From assembly GCA_016787785.1 (NCBI GenBank), contig JAEUTO010000015.1, positions 1-64,000 of the forward strand: DNA of 64,000 nt. The letters are read 5' to 3'. The notes beneath the pieces are model-generated. The model was given only the letters and a program-made list of their open reading frames with translations, did no database searches and had not been told where the DNA came from. A program made the position numbers and the translations under genes. The DNA comes from Bacteroidia bacterium (GTDB taxonomy: Bacteria > Bacteroidota > Bacteroidia > B-17B0 > Aurantibacillaceae). This document shows positions 29,515-39,666 of the stretch, piece after piece (position 1 is the first letter of the stretch; each line of letters opens with the position of its first letter).

Positions 29515-29725
29515 TTTATATATAATTTTAGTTGTTAGTTTTCTATTTAGATGACAGCTCTTTAAAAATTCCATAAAAAAATATGAGATCGGCCAAAAAG
29601 ACCGCCATTAAAGGAAAAACAAAAGGATTTTAAGTGAATTTGCTGCTTTGAAAATGTTAATATGATAGTATTAAGATATATTATTACCTTTCATGCTGAT
29701 TTCAACTACCTGGTTACAATAATAT

Positions 29726-30118
29726 ATGCTTGACAACCCGAAAAAAATTGCTACCGAAAAATTTGAAGTTACTTTACTGGAAGAAAATGTGATTGAAAGT
29801 TATATTAAGCCTGGTATGGTTGTTGAGGCAGAAGACCTTATTGAGTTAAAAAAGATAAGCTCAGAACTTACCTGTAATAAGCCGTATGTGATCTTAGTTA
29901 CTTCCGGCGAATTGGCTTCACTTACTAAAGAAGCTAGAGAGCTTTCTGCCAGTAAAGCTTTTATTACTAAAGCACTGGCAAAAGGCATTATTGTGGATTC
30001 AACAGCTAAAAAAATAATTGGCAATTTTTATCTTAATGTAAATAAACCGTTTTTACCAACCAAGCTGTTCTCCGAAAAAGAAAAGGCTTTGAAATGGCTT
30101 TTAACCTTTGTTAAATAG
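29726..30118 (+). CDS. Hypothetical small cytoplasmic protein (possibly STAS-like fold)
   Basis: 130 aa; no diagnostic motif; weak resemblance to small STAS-type proteins. Confidence 0.3.
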   Translation: MLDNPKKIATEKFEVTLLEENVIESYIKPGMVVEAEDLIELKKISSELTCNKPYVILVTSGELASLTKEARELSASKAFITKALAKGIIVDSTAKKIIGNFYLNVNKPFLPTKLFSEKEKALKWLLTFVK

Positions 30119-30135
30119 ATCAATCGTTTTATAAG

Positions 30136-30897
30136 ATGAGTTTTTACGACTTAAGTAAAGAGGAACGCATGGCCCTTGTTGCCAGAATAAAAAAAGGGAT
30201 CGGAGCCGATCTTACAAAAAAAAGCAAAAATAATATTCTAAATTATTTTTCAGATGAAGATACTTATATCAGAAAGTCTGCTTATTTAAGTATTGGCCGA
30301 ATTTATTTTGAACGGCCCGAATTACAAAAAAAGATCATTTCATTACTGGAGGATCTTTTAGAGAAAGATAATTTCAAGATCCGTCAAACAGTTATAAATG
30401 CAGCAGGTGAAATTGGCATAAAGGAGTTTGAATCCGTTGAACATTTTTTTGACATTGGATTGTTTGATAAACACCATTCGCCAAGAAACGCAGTAATTGG
30501 TTCGATAAAAAAGATGAGTGAAAAAAATCCGAAACCTGTTTTAAAATGGAGCAAAAAATACTTGCATCATGAGGATAAGGAAATAAGACGCGAAATCTGC
30601 CATGGTATTGAGTTAAGAGGAAGAACACATCCGCAGGATATTTTACCTTTATTAAAAGAATTACAATTTGACACAACTGCTCGTGTAAAAAACACATTGG
30701 TTCATGTACTCGGACAAATTGCCTATAAAAAAGGTTGTTTAGAAACCGTTATTGCCGACCTTAATACATGGCAAAATAAAGAAGTAGTGCTAAAAGCCAT
30801 TGATGAGATCATTGATGTGCATTACCGCTACCGGAATTTTTCTGTATTAACCCAAAAAGAAGCCATTGCTTATATACAGAAGAACTTTAAAAAGTAG
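30136..30897 (+). CDS. HEAT-repeat protein, DNA alkylation repair (AlkD-like) family candidate
   Basis: Recurrent HEAT-like IRxxAxxxIGxI repeats (IRKSAYLSIGRIYF, IRQTVINAAGEIG, RVKNTLVHVLGQIA). Confidence 0.4.
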   Translation: MSFYDLSKEERMALVARIKKGIGADLTKKSKNNILNYFSDEDTYIRKSAYLSIGRIYFERPELQKKIISLLEDLLEKDNFKIRQTVINAAGEIGIKEFESVEHFFDIGLFDKHHSPRNAVIGSIKKMSEKNPKPVLKWSKKYLHHEDKEIRREICHGIELRGRTHPQDILPLLKELQFDTTARVKNTLVHVLGQIAYKKGCLETVIADLNTWQNKEVVLKAIDEIIDVHYRYRNFSVLTQKEAIAYIQKNFKK

Positions 30898-30933
30898 TAG
30901 TAATACTAATTCTGTATATTTGTAAATACAGAA

Positions 30934-32082
30934 ATGAAACTAACAAAACTATTTACAGATCTATTTGAAAGCGAAAAAGCCGGCGGACTTATTCTTATTT
31001 TTTGCACGATCATTTCTCTCTTAATTGCCAATTCATCTTTGCAAACACATTATACTGAGCTATGGCACATAAACCTCGCCGGCTTAAGTTTAGCACATTG
31101 GATAAACGATGGGTTAATGACTATCTTTTTTTTACTGATCGGACTTGAGTTAGAACGTGAAATGTATCATGGCGAACTTTCCGACCTTAAATCCGCTTCT
31201 TTACCGGCTTTTGCTGCCTTAGGAGGTATGATCGTACCGGCGTGTATATTCCTTTTGCTTAATTTCGGAACAAACACACAATCGGGCGCCGGTATTCCAA
31301 TGGCTACAGATATTGCTTTTGCTGTTGGCGTTATTTCTCTACTTGGAAATAAAATACCCACAGCCTTAAAAGTGTTTTTAATGGCGCTGGCTATTATAGA
31401 TGACCTCGGAGCGATCATTGTAATAGCGATTTTTTATACCAGTTCTATCTCGTTCTTAAATTTAATTATTTCGTTAAGTATTTTTGGCCTGCTGTTACTT
31501 TTAAACCGACTAAAGATCTACAATCTTATTCCATATATTATTGGTGGAATAGCTATGTGGTATTTTATGTTACACTCAGGCGTACATGCAACTATTACCG
31601 GCGTTCTATTGGCATTTGCCATTCCATTTGGTAATGGCGATGAAAGATCAACTTCCTACAAGCTACAACATTTTCTTCACAAACCGGTTGCATTTTTTAT
31701 ACTTCCCATTTTTGCGTTGGCAAATACCTGCATTGTAATTAATAGTAATTGGTACCAGGGTTTGGCTGAGACAAGCAGTATAGGAATAATTGCGGGTTTG
31801 GTAATTGGTAAACCTTTGGGAATTTGTTTATTTGTTTTTATTGCCACTTATTTTAAATTATCTTCTTTAGGAAATGACATTAAATGGAGTCATATAGTTG
31901 GGGCAGGTTTATTAGCAGGTATTGGTTTTACCATGTCTATCTTTATTACATTACTTGCTTTTGAGAAACCTGAACAAATAGATCTGTCAAAAATTGCCAT
32001 TTTAGTTGCTTCTTTAATTGCAGGCATCGCCGGTTTTATGTGGCTTAAATTTGTTCCTAAAAGACCGGAGACCTTAGTTTAA
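30934..32082 (+). CDS. nhaA: Na+/H+ antiporter NhaA
   Basis: About 12 TM; N-terminus ...SEKAGGLILIF; conserved ALAIIDDLGAIIVIA (Asp-Asp pair). Confidence 0.85.
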   Translation: MKLTKLFTDLFESEKAGGLILIFCTIISLLIANSSLQTHYTELWHINLAGLSLAHWINDGLMTIFFLLIGLELEREMYHGELSDLKSASLPAFAALGGMIVPACIFLLLNFGTNTQSGAGIPMATDIAFAVGVISLLGNKIPTALKVFLMALAIIDDLGAIIVIAIFYTSSISFLNLIISLSIFGLLLLLNRLKIYNLIPYIIGGIAMWYFMLHSGVHATITGVLLAFAIPFGNGDERSTSYKLQHFLHKPVAFFILPIFALANTCIVINSNWYQGLAETSSIGIIAGLVIGKPLGICLFVFIATYFKLSSLGNDIKWSHIVGAGLLAGIGFTMSIFITLLAFEKPEQIDLSKIAILVASLIAGIAGFMWLKFVPKRPETLV

Positions 32083-32733
32083 AGCCTGCACAATTATACA
32101 CTCTGCAGCCTTTGGACTAATATTCACCTCTTTTTTCTGACACACCAAAATAATTGAATTATCAAATTCTTCAATAGTTTTTACAATTATGCCTGCGCCA
32201 ATTATTAAATGATGTTTATCAAGGTATTTTAAAAAAGCGGTAGAGTGATCGGTAACACCCATTACCTTATAATTATTTTTGATCTTTGCCTCAGATAATT
32301 TTATGAAATTACTTTTCTGGATCTTTCCTTTGGCATCAGGAATAGGATCACCATGCGGGTCAAAAACCGGGTTCCCTAATATCTCTGCCAGTTTATTAAT
32401 AAGTTTGTCATTTTTCACATGCTCCAGTTCTTCTGCGATCACATGCACTTCATCCCAGCCAAAGCCTAGTTCTTTTACAAGATATGTTTCCCATATCCTA
32501 TGCCTCCTTACTATATTCAAAGCCATTTTTACACCTGCGGTTGTTAACCTGGTGCCATAAGATTTTTCGTAAATAACATATTTTAACTCATGTAGCTTAC
32601 GCAAAGCCTCAGTAACCGAGGCTGGATTAATAGCCAGTTTATCGGCCAATTGCTGGTTGGCCACTACCGCCGTGTTATCTGCAGAGAGGTTATAAATGGT
32701 CTTTAGGTAGTTTTCTACCGTTTCTGTCCTCAT
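32074..32733 (-). CDS. DtxR/MntR family metal-dependent transcriptional repressor with C-terminal FeoA/SH3-like domain
   Basis: VENYLKTIYNL...NQQLADKLAINPASVTEALRKLHELKYV...RHRIWETYLVKELGFGWDEVHVIAEELEH. Confidence 0.85.
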   Translation of the reverse strand: MRTETVENYLKTIYNLSADNTAVVANQQLADKLAINPASVTEALRKLHELKYVIYEKSYGTRLTTAGVKMALNIVRRHRIWETYLVKELGFGWDEVHVIAEELEHVKNDKLINKLAEILGNPVFDPHGDPIPDAKGKIQKSNFIKLSEAKIKNNYKVMGVTDHSTAFLKYLDKHHLIIGAGIIVKTIEEFDNSIILVCQKKEVNISPKAAECIIVQALN

Positions 32734-32811
32734 AAATTAATTTTTAGGCATACCAAAAATAATAATTATGCTCTAATAAAAAAAGGTCAACTTTGTTAAA
32801 GTTTAATTCTC

Positions 32812-33171
32812 ATGAAAAAAAGACTTTTTATTTTTATTTTATTACCTGCGGCACTTGGCCTTCTATCCAATTGCAAAAAAAAGGAAAAGAAAGATGATCT
32901 TAATAATCTTGATTGCTCTGCAATAAACTCTGGTTATTCATCAGACATCAAGCCGATCATTGCAGCTAATTGCAATTCATCGGGTTGCCATAACGCAGGT
33001 TCCGCTAACGGCGATCTTACGACTTACAACGGTATTAAAGCAAAAGTAGATAATGGCTCACTTGATAACCGAGTGATCCAACAAAGAACAATGCCTCTTT
33101 CTGGCTCACTTGCCATGGACGATCTTAAAAAAATAAAGTGCTGGTTAAATTCAGGCGCTCCCAATAATTAA
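32812..33171 (+). CDS. Small lipoprotein, putative non-canonical (CX4CH) monoheme cytochrome-c-like protein; paralog of 20525..20911
   Basis: Lipobox LLSNCKKK; CNSSGCH; RTMPLSG; KCWLNSGAPNN. First gene of the cluster. Confidence 0.4.
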   Translation: MKKRLFIFILLPAALGLLSNCKKKEKKDDLNNLDCSAINSGYSSDIKPIIAANCNSSGCHNAGSANGDLTTYNGIKAKVDNGSLDNRVIQQRTMPLSGSLAMDDLKKIKCWLNSGAPNN

Positions 33172-33175
33172 AAAG

Positions 33176-34396
33176 ATGAAAAAATTTACTTTAGTTATTT
33201 TAGCCGGCGCACTTACACTTATAACGGCTTGTCAAAAGTTAATGCCGCCAGCTCCAAAAGATGAAGATGTTTTAGCAGGCACTATTCCAGGCTTAACACC
33301 TGAACAGGAAAAAGAACATCTTGTTGGCGATGCTAATTTTGGGAAAATTTTTACAAAAGAAGATGGACTGGGGCCAATTTTTGTTCAGACGTCTTGCGCT
33401 AATTGTCATATTGGAAATGGAAAAGGACATCCCTCTACCGGGCTCACCCGTTTCGCAAATGTAAATGGCACCATAATTGATAATCTTTTAAATAAAGGTG
33501 GTCCGCAATTGCAGCAACATGCTATTTTAGGTTATTTACCGGAAACCTTACCCACCGAAGCAAATGTATTTAGCAAACGTATTGCACCGGCAGTAATGGG
33601 TCTGGGCTATATTGCAGCTTTAGATGATCAGTCTATTTTAAATAATGCCGACCCTAATGATCTTAACGGCGATGGAATTTCCGGCAGACCCAATTACGTT
33701 AACCCAACAAATTTCTTTATCCCACAACCTATTCATATCCCTTACAACAATCAATACATTGGCCGTTTTGGAAAAAAAGCAGAGAAAATAACCATACAGG
33801 ATCAGGTTGTATTTGCTTTAAAGCAAGATATTGGAATTACTTCTGATTTTGATACGCAGGATCTTTTTAATTATCAGTCAGGCGTTAACACAGGAGATGG
33901 TGTAGCTGATCCTGAAGTTTCATCCAACTTTGTTTACGGGCTAGTGTTTTATATGCGTACGCTTAAAGCTCCCGCTCGTAGAAATATCAATAATGATGAT
34001 GTAGTAGCAGGTGAAAATCTATTTGCAAAAATTGGTTGCACAAGTTGTCACATTCCATCTTTTACAACTGCACAATCGGATATTTCTGCTTTAAGTAATA
34101 AAACCTTTCATCCCTACTCTGATTTTCTATTGCACGACATGGGACAGTTATTAGATGATAGTTATCCTGAGGGGAGTGCAAATGGCTTTGAGTGGAGAAC
34201 GCCACCGCTCTGGGGGCTTGGATTAGCAAAAGATTCGCAGGGAGGACAAATGTTCTTGTTACATGATGGAAGAGCAAAAACGTTTGACGAGGTAATTTCT
34301 TTTCATGGTGGTGAAGCGGCAAGCAGAAGAACTGCCTTTAATGCTTTATCGCAAACCGAAAAAAACCAGTTATTCAAATTTTTAGAAAGTCTTTAA
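33176..34396 (+). CDS. Di-heme c-type cytochrome, DUF1111 (putative di-haem oxidoreductase/peroxidase) family
   Basis: Lipobox LITACQ; two CXXCH motifs (SCANCHIGNGKGH and GCTSCHIPSF); size and layout fit DUF1111. Confidence 0.6.
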   Translation: MKKFTLVILAGALTLITACQKLMPPAPKDEDVLAGTIPGLTPEQEKEHLVGDANFGKIFTKEDGLGPIFVQTSCANCHIGNGKGHPSTGLTRFANVNGTIIDNLLNKGGPQLQQHAILGYLPETLPTEANVFSKRIAPAVMGLGYIAALDDQSILNNADPNDLNGDGISGRPNYVNPTNFFIPQPIHIPYNNQYIGRFGKKAEKITIQDQVVFALKQDIGITSDFDTQDLFNYQSGVNTGDGVADPEVSSNFVYGLVFYMRTLKAPARRNINNDDVVAGENLFAKIGCTSCHIPSFTTAQSDISALSNKTFHPYSDFLLHDMGQLLDDSYPEGSANGFEWRTPPLWGLGLAKDSQGGQMFLLHDGRAKTFDEVISFHGGEAASRRTAFNALSQTEKNQLFKFLESL

Positions 34397-34836
34397 TGGA
34401 TAGAAAAGAATTTATAAAAGTTTGCGGCGGCACCTGTTTAGGCTTGGTTGGAATAACATTACTCAATCAAAGCTGTACTGGCACACATTATGTTCAGGGT
34501 TTATCTGCAGACAACAAACTCTCAGTCTTAAAAACTGAATTTAAGATCATCAAACAAAATAAACCCGATTACAGAAAATACATTGTGGTTAAAAGTGATA
34601 AGTTGGAATTTCCGATAATTGTTTACCGCAAAGATGAGAACAGTTATGAAGCCTTGTTATTGAAGTGCACACACCAGGGAATCGAATTAAATGTAAACGG
34701 TGATATCTTAAGCTGCTCTGCTCATGGAAGTGAATTCGGTAATAAAGGAGAGGTGATACAGGGGCCGGCAGATCAAAAATTAAAAAGCTTTCCCGTTTTA
34801 ACTGATGAAAAAAATATTTACATACAATTAATATAA
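34396..34836 (+). CDS. Rieske [2Fe-2S] domain protein with Tat-like signal
   Basis: CTHQG...(17 aa)...CSAHGSEF gives CXH-X17-CXXH; N-terminus MDRKEFIKVCGGTCLGLVG; TAATG overlap with the upstream gene. Confidence 0.7.
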   Translation: MDRKEFIKVCGGTCLGLVGITLLNQSCTGTHYVQGLSADNKLSVLKTEFKIIKQNKPDYRKYIVVKSDKLEFPIIVYRKDENSYEALLLKCTHQGIELNVNGDILSCSAHGSEFGNKGEVIQGPADQKLKSFPVLTDEKNIYIQLI

Positions 34837-34837
34837 A

Positions 34838-36061
34838 ATGAAAATACTATTAACTGTAACCTTATTTTTATTAAGTCTGAAAACAATTGGGCAGACAGAT
34901 TCTTCTTTTATTAAACGTACAGCAGCAGACACCAGTAAATTAAAAATGAACATGGATGCAGTGTATAACCGTCCATTCTTAACTATGGGCAAATTCCCTG
35001 TAGCTGTTGGCGGTTATGTAGAGGCAAATAGTTCTTACTTTGGAACGGATGGCGTTACTGACGGATTGTCCTTTCAAATTCCACGCCTAACTATTTTTCT
35101 CTCTTCCTCCATAAAAAAAAGAATTAAATTTTTATCTGAAATAGAATTTGAAGAAGGTGGAAAAGAAATTGGTATTGAATTTGCATCGATGGACATTGAA
35201 CTACATCCTTTATTAAATCTTCGTGGTGGCGTTATCATGAATCCTATTGGCGCTTTTAATCAAAATCATGATGGACCAAAATGGGAATTTATAGAACGCC
35301 CTTTTTCTGCAACAACCATCATTCCAGCTACCTGGAGTAATGTAGGTTTTGGTTTGTTTGGAAAATACGCTGTGAATAATTTTGTTTGGGCCTACGAAGC
35401 ATATTTAACCAATGGCTTTGACGATAAAATAATTTCTAATCCGCAAAACCGAACCTGGCTGCCCGCAAGTAAAGAAAATCCTGAACGCTTTGATGAAAGT
35501 TTTAATGGTGTGCCCTTGGTTACTACAAAAACGGCATTACGCCATCGTAAAATTGGCGAGATAGGCGTATCCTGGATGGGAGGCGTTTACAACCAATTTA
35601 GAGTAGACGGAATAGTTGTAGATAAACAGCGAAGGGTAGATCTTTTTGCTATTGACCTTAATACAACTATTCCAAAAGCAAAAACCTATATTAATGGCGA
35701 ATGGGTTTGGGCAATGGTGGATGTACCGGATAATTATACAAAAGAGTATGGCAGTAAATTGCGGGGTGGATTTTTAGACATAGTACAGCCTATTCTAAAA
35801 CGCAAAATTTTAGGTTGGGAGAATAGCACATTAAATCTTGCTTTCAGAACAGAATATGTAGATTATAACGTAGGCAAATTTACTGAGACAGAAACAAATA
35901 TTGCCGATCATATTTTTGCAGTAGTTCCGGGAATAAGCTTCAGACCTTCAGCACTAACTGTGATCCGTTTTAATTATCGTTATCACTGGCAAACAGATCT
36001 TTTAGGGAATCCGGCGGCACGAACTGCCGGAATACAGTTTGGGTTTTCGACCTATTTTTAA
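34838..36061 (+). CDS. Putative outer-membrane beta-barrel (porin-like) protein
   Basis: Signal peptide; alternating amphipathic beta-strand pattern; C-terminal aromatic (...FGFSTYF). Confidence 0.45.
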   Translation: MKILLTVTLFLLSLKTIGQTDSSFIKRTAADTSKLKMNMDAVYNRPFLTMGKFPVAVGGYVEANSSYFGTDGVTDGLSFQIPRLTIFLSSSIKKRIKFLSEIEFEEGGKEIGIEFASMDIELHPLLNLRGGVIMNPIGAFNQNHDGPKWEFIERPFSATTIIPATWSNVGFGLFGKYAVNNFVWAYEAYLTNGFDDKIISNPQNRTWLPASKENPERFDESFNGVPLVTTKTALRHRKIGEIGVSWMGGVYNQFRVDGIVVDKQRRVDLFAIDLNTTIPKAKTYINGEWVWAMVDVPDNYTKEYGSKLRGGFLDIVQPILKRKILGWENSTLNLAFRTEYVDYNVGKFTETETNIADHIFAVVPGISFRPSALTVIRFNYRYHWQTDLLGNPAARTAGIQFGFSTYF

Positions 36062-36149
36062 GAGATTTCATTCGCTATTTTATTATTAAATAATCATTTA
36101 ATATCGTAGTTTGTATTGTTCTGTTATTACAAAAAAGCTATATTTAGTG

Positions 36150-38357
36150 ATGCGAAATTTTATAAGATCAGTATTCTGCTTTTTATTTATAATTTGTTTC
36201 AACTTTTGCTACTCCCAAAAAAACAAAATTGATTCACTTACATTATTGCTAAAAACAGATAAGCAAGATACCGTTAAATTAACCCATTTAAACCTGATCG
36301 GATTTCTATACATAAACATGGGCGAATACGACAAAAGTCCCATTTACATTACTAATGCATTAGAACTTGGCAATAAAATATCAAACGAAACCAAAACAAA
36401 TTCACCCTCAATTTATAAATCAGCCGAAAGAGGTATTGGCGCAGCCTATTATAATAAAGGGATTTATAATTATTATAAAAGTAAATATAATGAAGCAATT
36501 GTAAGTTTAGATTCGGGAATAATACATCTGGAAGCCGGTGAATATAAAGGAGGAGTTGCAAGAAGCCTGCTGCAAATTGGTGGCATGTATTATTTTCTAG
36601 GTAATTATTCAAAAGCGATACAGTACTATATAAATAGTTCCAAAAACTTTGAAAAACTTGGAGAAAAAAGGTCAATTGCCGACGTAAATACCAACATTGG
36701 TGCCATTTTTCAGATGCAAAAAAATTTACCAAAAGCACTCGACTATTATAAAAATGCCTTAGAGCAGTATAAAGACGTGGAATTTAAATTAGGTGTGGGC
36801 ATGTCGTTGATGAATATTGGAAATGTGCTTAAAGAAAAAGGTGATTATAAAATGGCACTTGAAAATTTAACCAATGCACTTAAAAATCAAAAAGAAATTA
36901 ATTTTAAAAAAGGAATTGCTGAATGTCATTCGGGGCTGGGAGATCTTTATCGTGTACAGAAAAAATATGATGAGTCGCTTGAAAACTACTTCTCCGCACT
37001 AAATATATTTGACACTTTAAGGGATAAAGAAGGACAGGCTTTTTGTTACAGTTATATTGGAAATGTGTATTTGGCCCAAGGTGCTATAAAAAAAGCAATT
37101 GATTACTCTAACAAAAGTTTGGCGTTGGCAAATGAAATTGGCCTTAAGGATATGGAAAAAGATGCTTATCATCTTCTTGCCGATAGCTATGCAGCTATTA
37201 ACGATTACAAAATGGCCTTTGATTTTCATAAAAAATATACGGAAATAAAAGACACGCTATTTAATAAGGACAATAATAAAAAGATCGCAGAAATGGATGC
37301 CATGTATGGTGCAGAGAAAAAAGAGCAGGAGTTAAAATTAATAAAAACACAACAGGATAAAGAGAGAGAAGTAGCGGCAGCCGAAAGCAATCGGCAAAAA
37401 TTATTTTTACTTTTGATTGCAGCTGTGGCAATAGCGGTAGCCATTATCGCCGGTATTATATTCAGATCATTGAAGGTCACTAAAAATCAAAATCAAATTA
37501 TTGAACTTCAAAAAAATGAAGTGCTTCTGCAGAAAGAAATAGTTGAAGAACATCAAAAGGAAATTATTGATTCAATTACCTATGCTAAACGCTTGCAAGA
37601 TGCCATATTACCACCAATTGCCTTAATTAAAACACATCTACCCGACAGTTTTATACTGTTTAAGCCCAAGGCCATTGTAGCCGGAGATTTTTATTGGATG
37701 GAAACCTCGGTTGCAACCGGCTCACATAATGGGAAAGAAGAAGAGCTATTATTTATTGCCGCTGCAGACTGTACAGGACATGGTGTTCCTGGTGCAATGG
37801 TATCTGTAGTTTGCTCAAACGCGCTTAACAGGGCAGTTAAAGAATTTAAATTAGTTGATACCGGAAAGATTTTAGATAAAACGCGTGACCTGGTTATAGA
37901 AACCTTTGAAAGAAGTCATTCAGAAGTAAAAGACGGCATGGATATTTCTTTACTCTGTATCAACAAATCGAAGAAACAGGTAAGCTGGAGCGGCGCAAAC
38001 AATCCGTTGTGGTACATTGGATCAAATAATAAAAATGGAAATTCTGAAAATGAATTCATTGAAATAAAACCCGACAAACAGCCTATTGGAAAAACAGAGT
38101 TTCCAAAACCTTTTACCACGCATAAAGTGGATTATCAAGAGAATAGTACTTTCTATTTATTTACAGATGGTTTTTCTGACCAATTTGGTGGCCCGAAAGG
38201 AAAAAAATTCAAGTATAAACAATTAGCTGAGTTACTAACTAAAAATAATAACCTATCTCAGCAACAGCAAGCTGACATTGTTGAAAAGGCTTTTATCGAA
38301 TGGAAAGGTGAATTGGAACAAGTAGATGATGTGTGTATAATTGGAATAAAATTATAA
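36150..38357 (+). CDS. TPR-repeat sensor protein with TM segment and C-terminal PP2C-type (SpoIIE-like) serine phosphatase domain
   Basis: N-terminal signal and TPR repeats; TM LFLLLIAAVAIAVAIIAGIIF; coiled coil; PP2C motifs DCTGHGVPGAMVS ... FTDGFSD. Confidence 0.75.
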   Translation: MRNFIRSVFCFLFIICFNFCYSQKNKIDSLTLLLKTDKQDTVKLTHLNLIGFLYINMGEYDKSPIYITNALELGNKISNETKTNSPSIYKSAERGIGAAYYNKGIYNYYKSKYNEAIVSLDSGIIHLEAGEYKGGVARSLLQIGGMYYFLGNYSKAIQYYINSSKNFEKLGEKRSIADVNTNIGAIFQMQKNLPKALDYYKNALEQYKDVEFKLGVGMSLMNIGNVLKEKGDYKMALENLTNALKNQKEINFKKGIAECHSGLGDLYRVQKKYDESLENYFSALNIFDTLRDKEGQAFCYSYIGNVYLAQGAIKKAIDYSNKSLALANEIGLKDMEKDAYHLLADSYAAINDYKMAFDFHKKYTEIKDTLFNKDNNKKIAEMDAMYGAEKKEQELKLIKTQQDKEREVAAAESNRQKLFLLLIAAVAIAVAIIAGIIFRSLKVTKNQNQIIELQKNEVLLQKEIVEEHQKEIIDSITYAKRLQDAILPPIALIKTHLPDSFILFKPKAIVAGDFYWMETSVATGSHNGKEEELLFIAAADCTGHGVPGAMVSVVCSNALNRAVKEFKLVDTGKILDKTRDLVIETFERSHSEVKDGMDISLLCINKSKKQVSWSGANNPLWYIGSNNKNGNSENEFIEIKPDKQPIGKTEFPKPFTTHKVDYQENSTFYLFTDGFSDQFGGPKGKKFKYKQLAELLTKNNNLSQQQQADIVEKAFIEWKGELEQVDDVCIIGIKL

Positions 38358-38375
38358 TTTACGTCTGGAAACCCG

Positions 38376-38924
38376 TTGAACAACTTGCATCAAACATATT
38401 TGACTTTTACGAAAGAAAAACTTTTTAAAATATTTCTTTCGCCGCAAGATTACACGGAGGAGGCTCTTGAAACGGCAAAAAAAGTGGCTGAGGAGAACGG
38501 CTGGAAAGAAGATCTTAGCATTTTGTTGGAACAAAAACAAACAGAAGAAAAATTAAAAGAGACTGAATACGAAAATGAAATTGCAGAAAAAGCAGAGTAT
38601 TATAAAAAACTTGTAAGTGTTAAAGAACAAAAATGTTCTTTTGAAGTGCGTATTGCAGATGTGCCCAAATTTGAAGGCGCTTTAAATGACGCTGAAATAG
38701 AGTTTTTTAGAGAAGATAAAAACATTGGGGCACAAATTGACGTATACCCGTCGCAAACATATTATTTTGTAGCAGAAGATGCAGAAAAAGTTGATGTGAT
38801 AGTTAAAGAGCTTTCACTTATTACCTCACCCTACTTTGACTATAAACCATTTTTTAAAATGGAAGTACTAGTACTTGTTGTAATTGTTTTACTCGTATTG
38901 ATAGCCTTTGCAATTTTAACTTAA
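38376..38924 (+). CDS. Hypothetical tail-anchored membrane protein
   Basis: Soluble acidic N-terminal domain; C-terminal TM MEVLVLVVIVLLVLIAFAIL. Confidence 0.4.
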   Translation: MNNLHQTYLTFTKEKLFKIFLSPQDYTEEALETAKKVAEENGWKEDLSILLEQKQTEEKLKETEYENEIAEKAEYYKKLVSVKEQKCSFEVRIADVPKFEGALNDAEIEFFREDKNIGAQIDVYPSQTYYFVAEDAEKVDVIVKELSLITSPYFDYKPFFKMEVLVLVVIVLLVLIAFAILT

Positions 38925-39604
38925 ACCAGTTTTGTTCTCTCTGTGAAAATAATATACACTAAAAATAAAATTATTATTACAAGTAAAAAATTACCGATGA
39001 TCAGAAGCCTAAAGCTTGTTTCTTCAGCGCCATCAGCTATCTCCTCGATCAAAATCTGCTGATCGGTAAATATCCTGATTAAAAATAAATAATGCTGTTT
39101 TTGAAAAGATTCTAAAATCGGTCGTAGTTTATTTTTTCTTACCAGCAGAGCCTGTTCCGGGTCCATGCTCTTTAGTTGGGATAAATAAATTGTATAATTG
39201 TCTTTGTATTGATGTTGCGCAAGTTTGAGGTGTACATATAATTTTGTCTTTTCGAAACTATATAACTCATATTCATTTATCTTTTCACCTATAAGAGATA
39301 TTTCGTTCTGAATTTTTTGCTGCGAGACGCGAAGTTTCTCCCTAAAGATCTTCACATCGTTGCTGTCTGAAGAAAACGTTATATTCAATAAAGACCGATG
39401 AATAGTTGAATTTTCATTTGAAACCGAATTTGTAAGAATGATCAATTCGGTTATTTTAGAGAATAGTTCTTTATATTTTTCAGTCGTTGTTTTAGTTATG
39501 ACATACTGAAAGGCCTGAAAAACAACAATAAAAAGGGCAAAAAAAACAAAGTATTTAATTTGTTTAAACTCCTTTTTTGTGAATTTTGGTGTTTCAGCAT
39601 TCAT
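38921..39604 (-). CDS. Hypothetical membrane protein (N- and C-terminal TM, central coiled coil)
   Basis: Hydropathy and coiled-coil features; no motif recognised. Confidence 0.4.
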   Translation of the reverse strand: MNAETPKFTKKEFKQIKYFVFFALFIVVFQAFQYVITKTTTEKYKELFSKITELIILTNSVSNENSTIHRSLLNITFSSDSNDVKIFREKLRVSQQKIQNEISLIGEKINEYELYSFEKTKLYVHLKLAQHQYKDNYTIYLSQLKSMDPEQALLVRKNKLRPILESFQKQHYLFLIRIFTDQQILIEEIADGAEETSFRLLIIGNFLLVIIILFLVYIIFTERTKLV

Positions 39605-39666
39605 TTAAAACTTACAGGCTTTCTAGTTTAAATATATTATTTATTCGCAAAAGCTAAAAGTATAAC

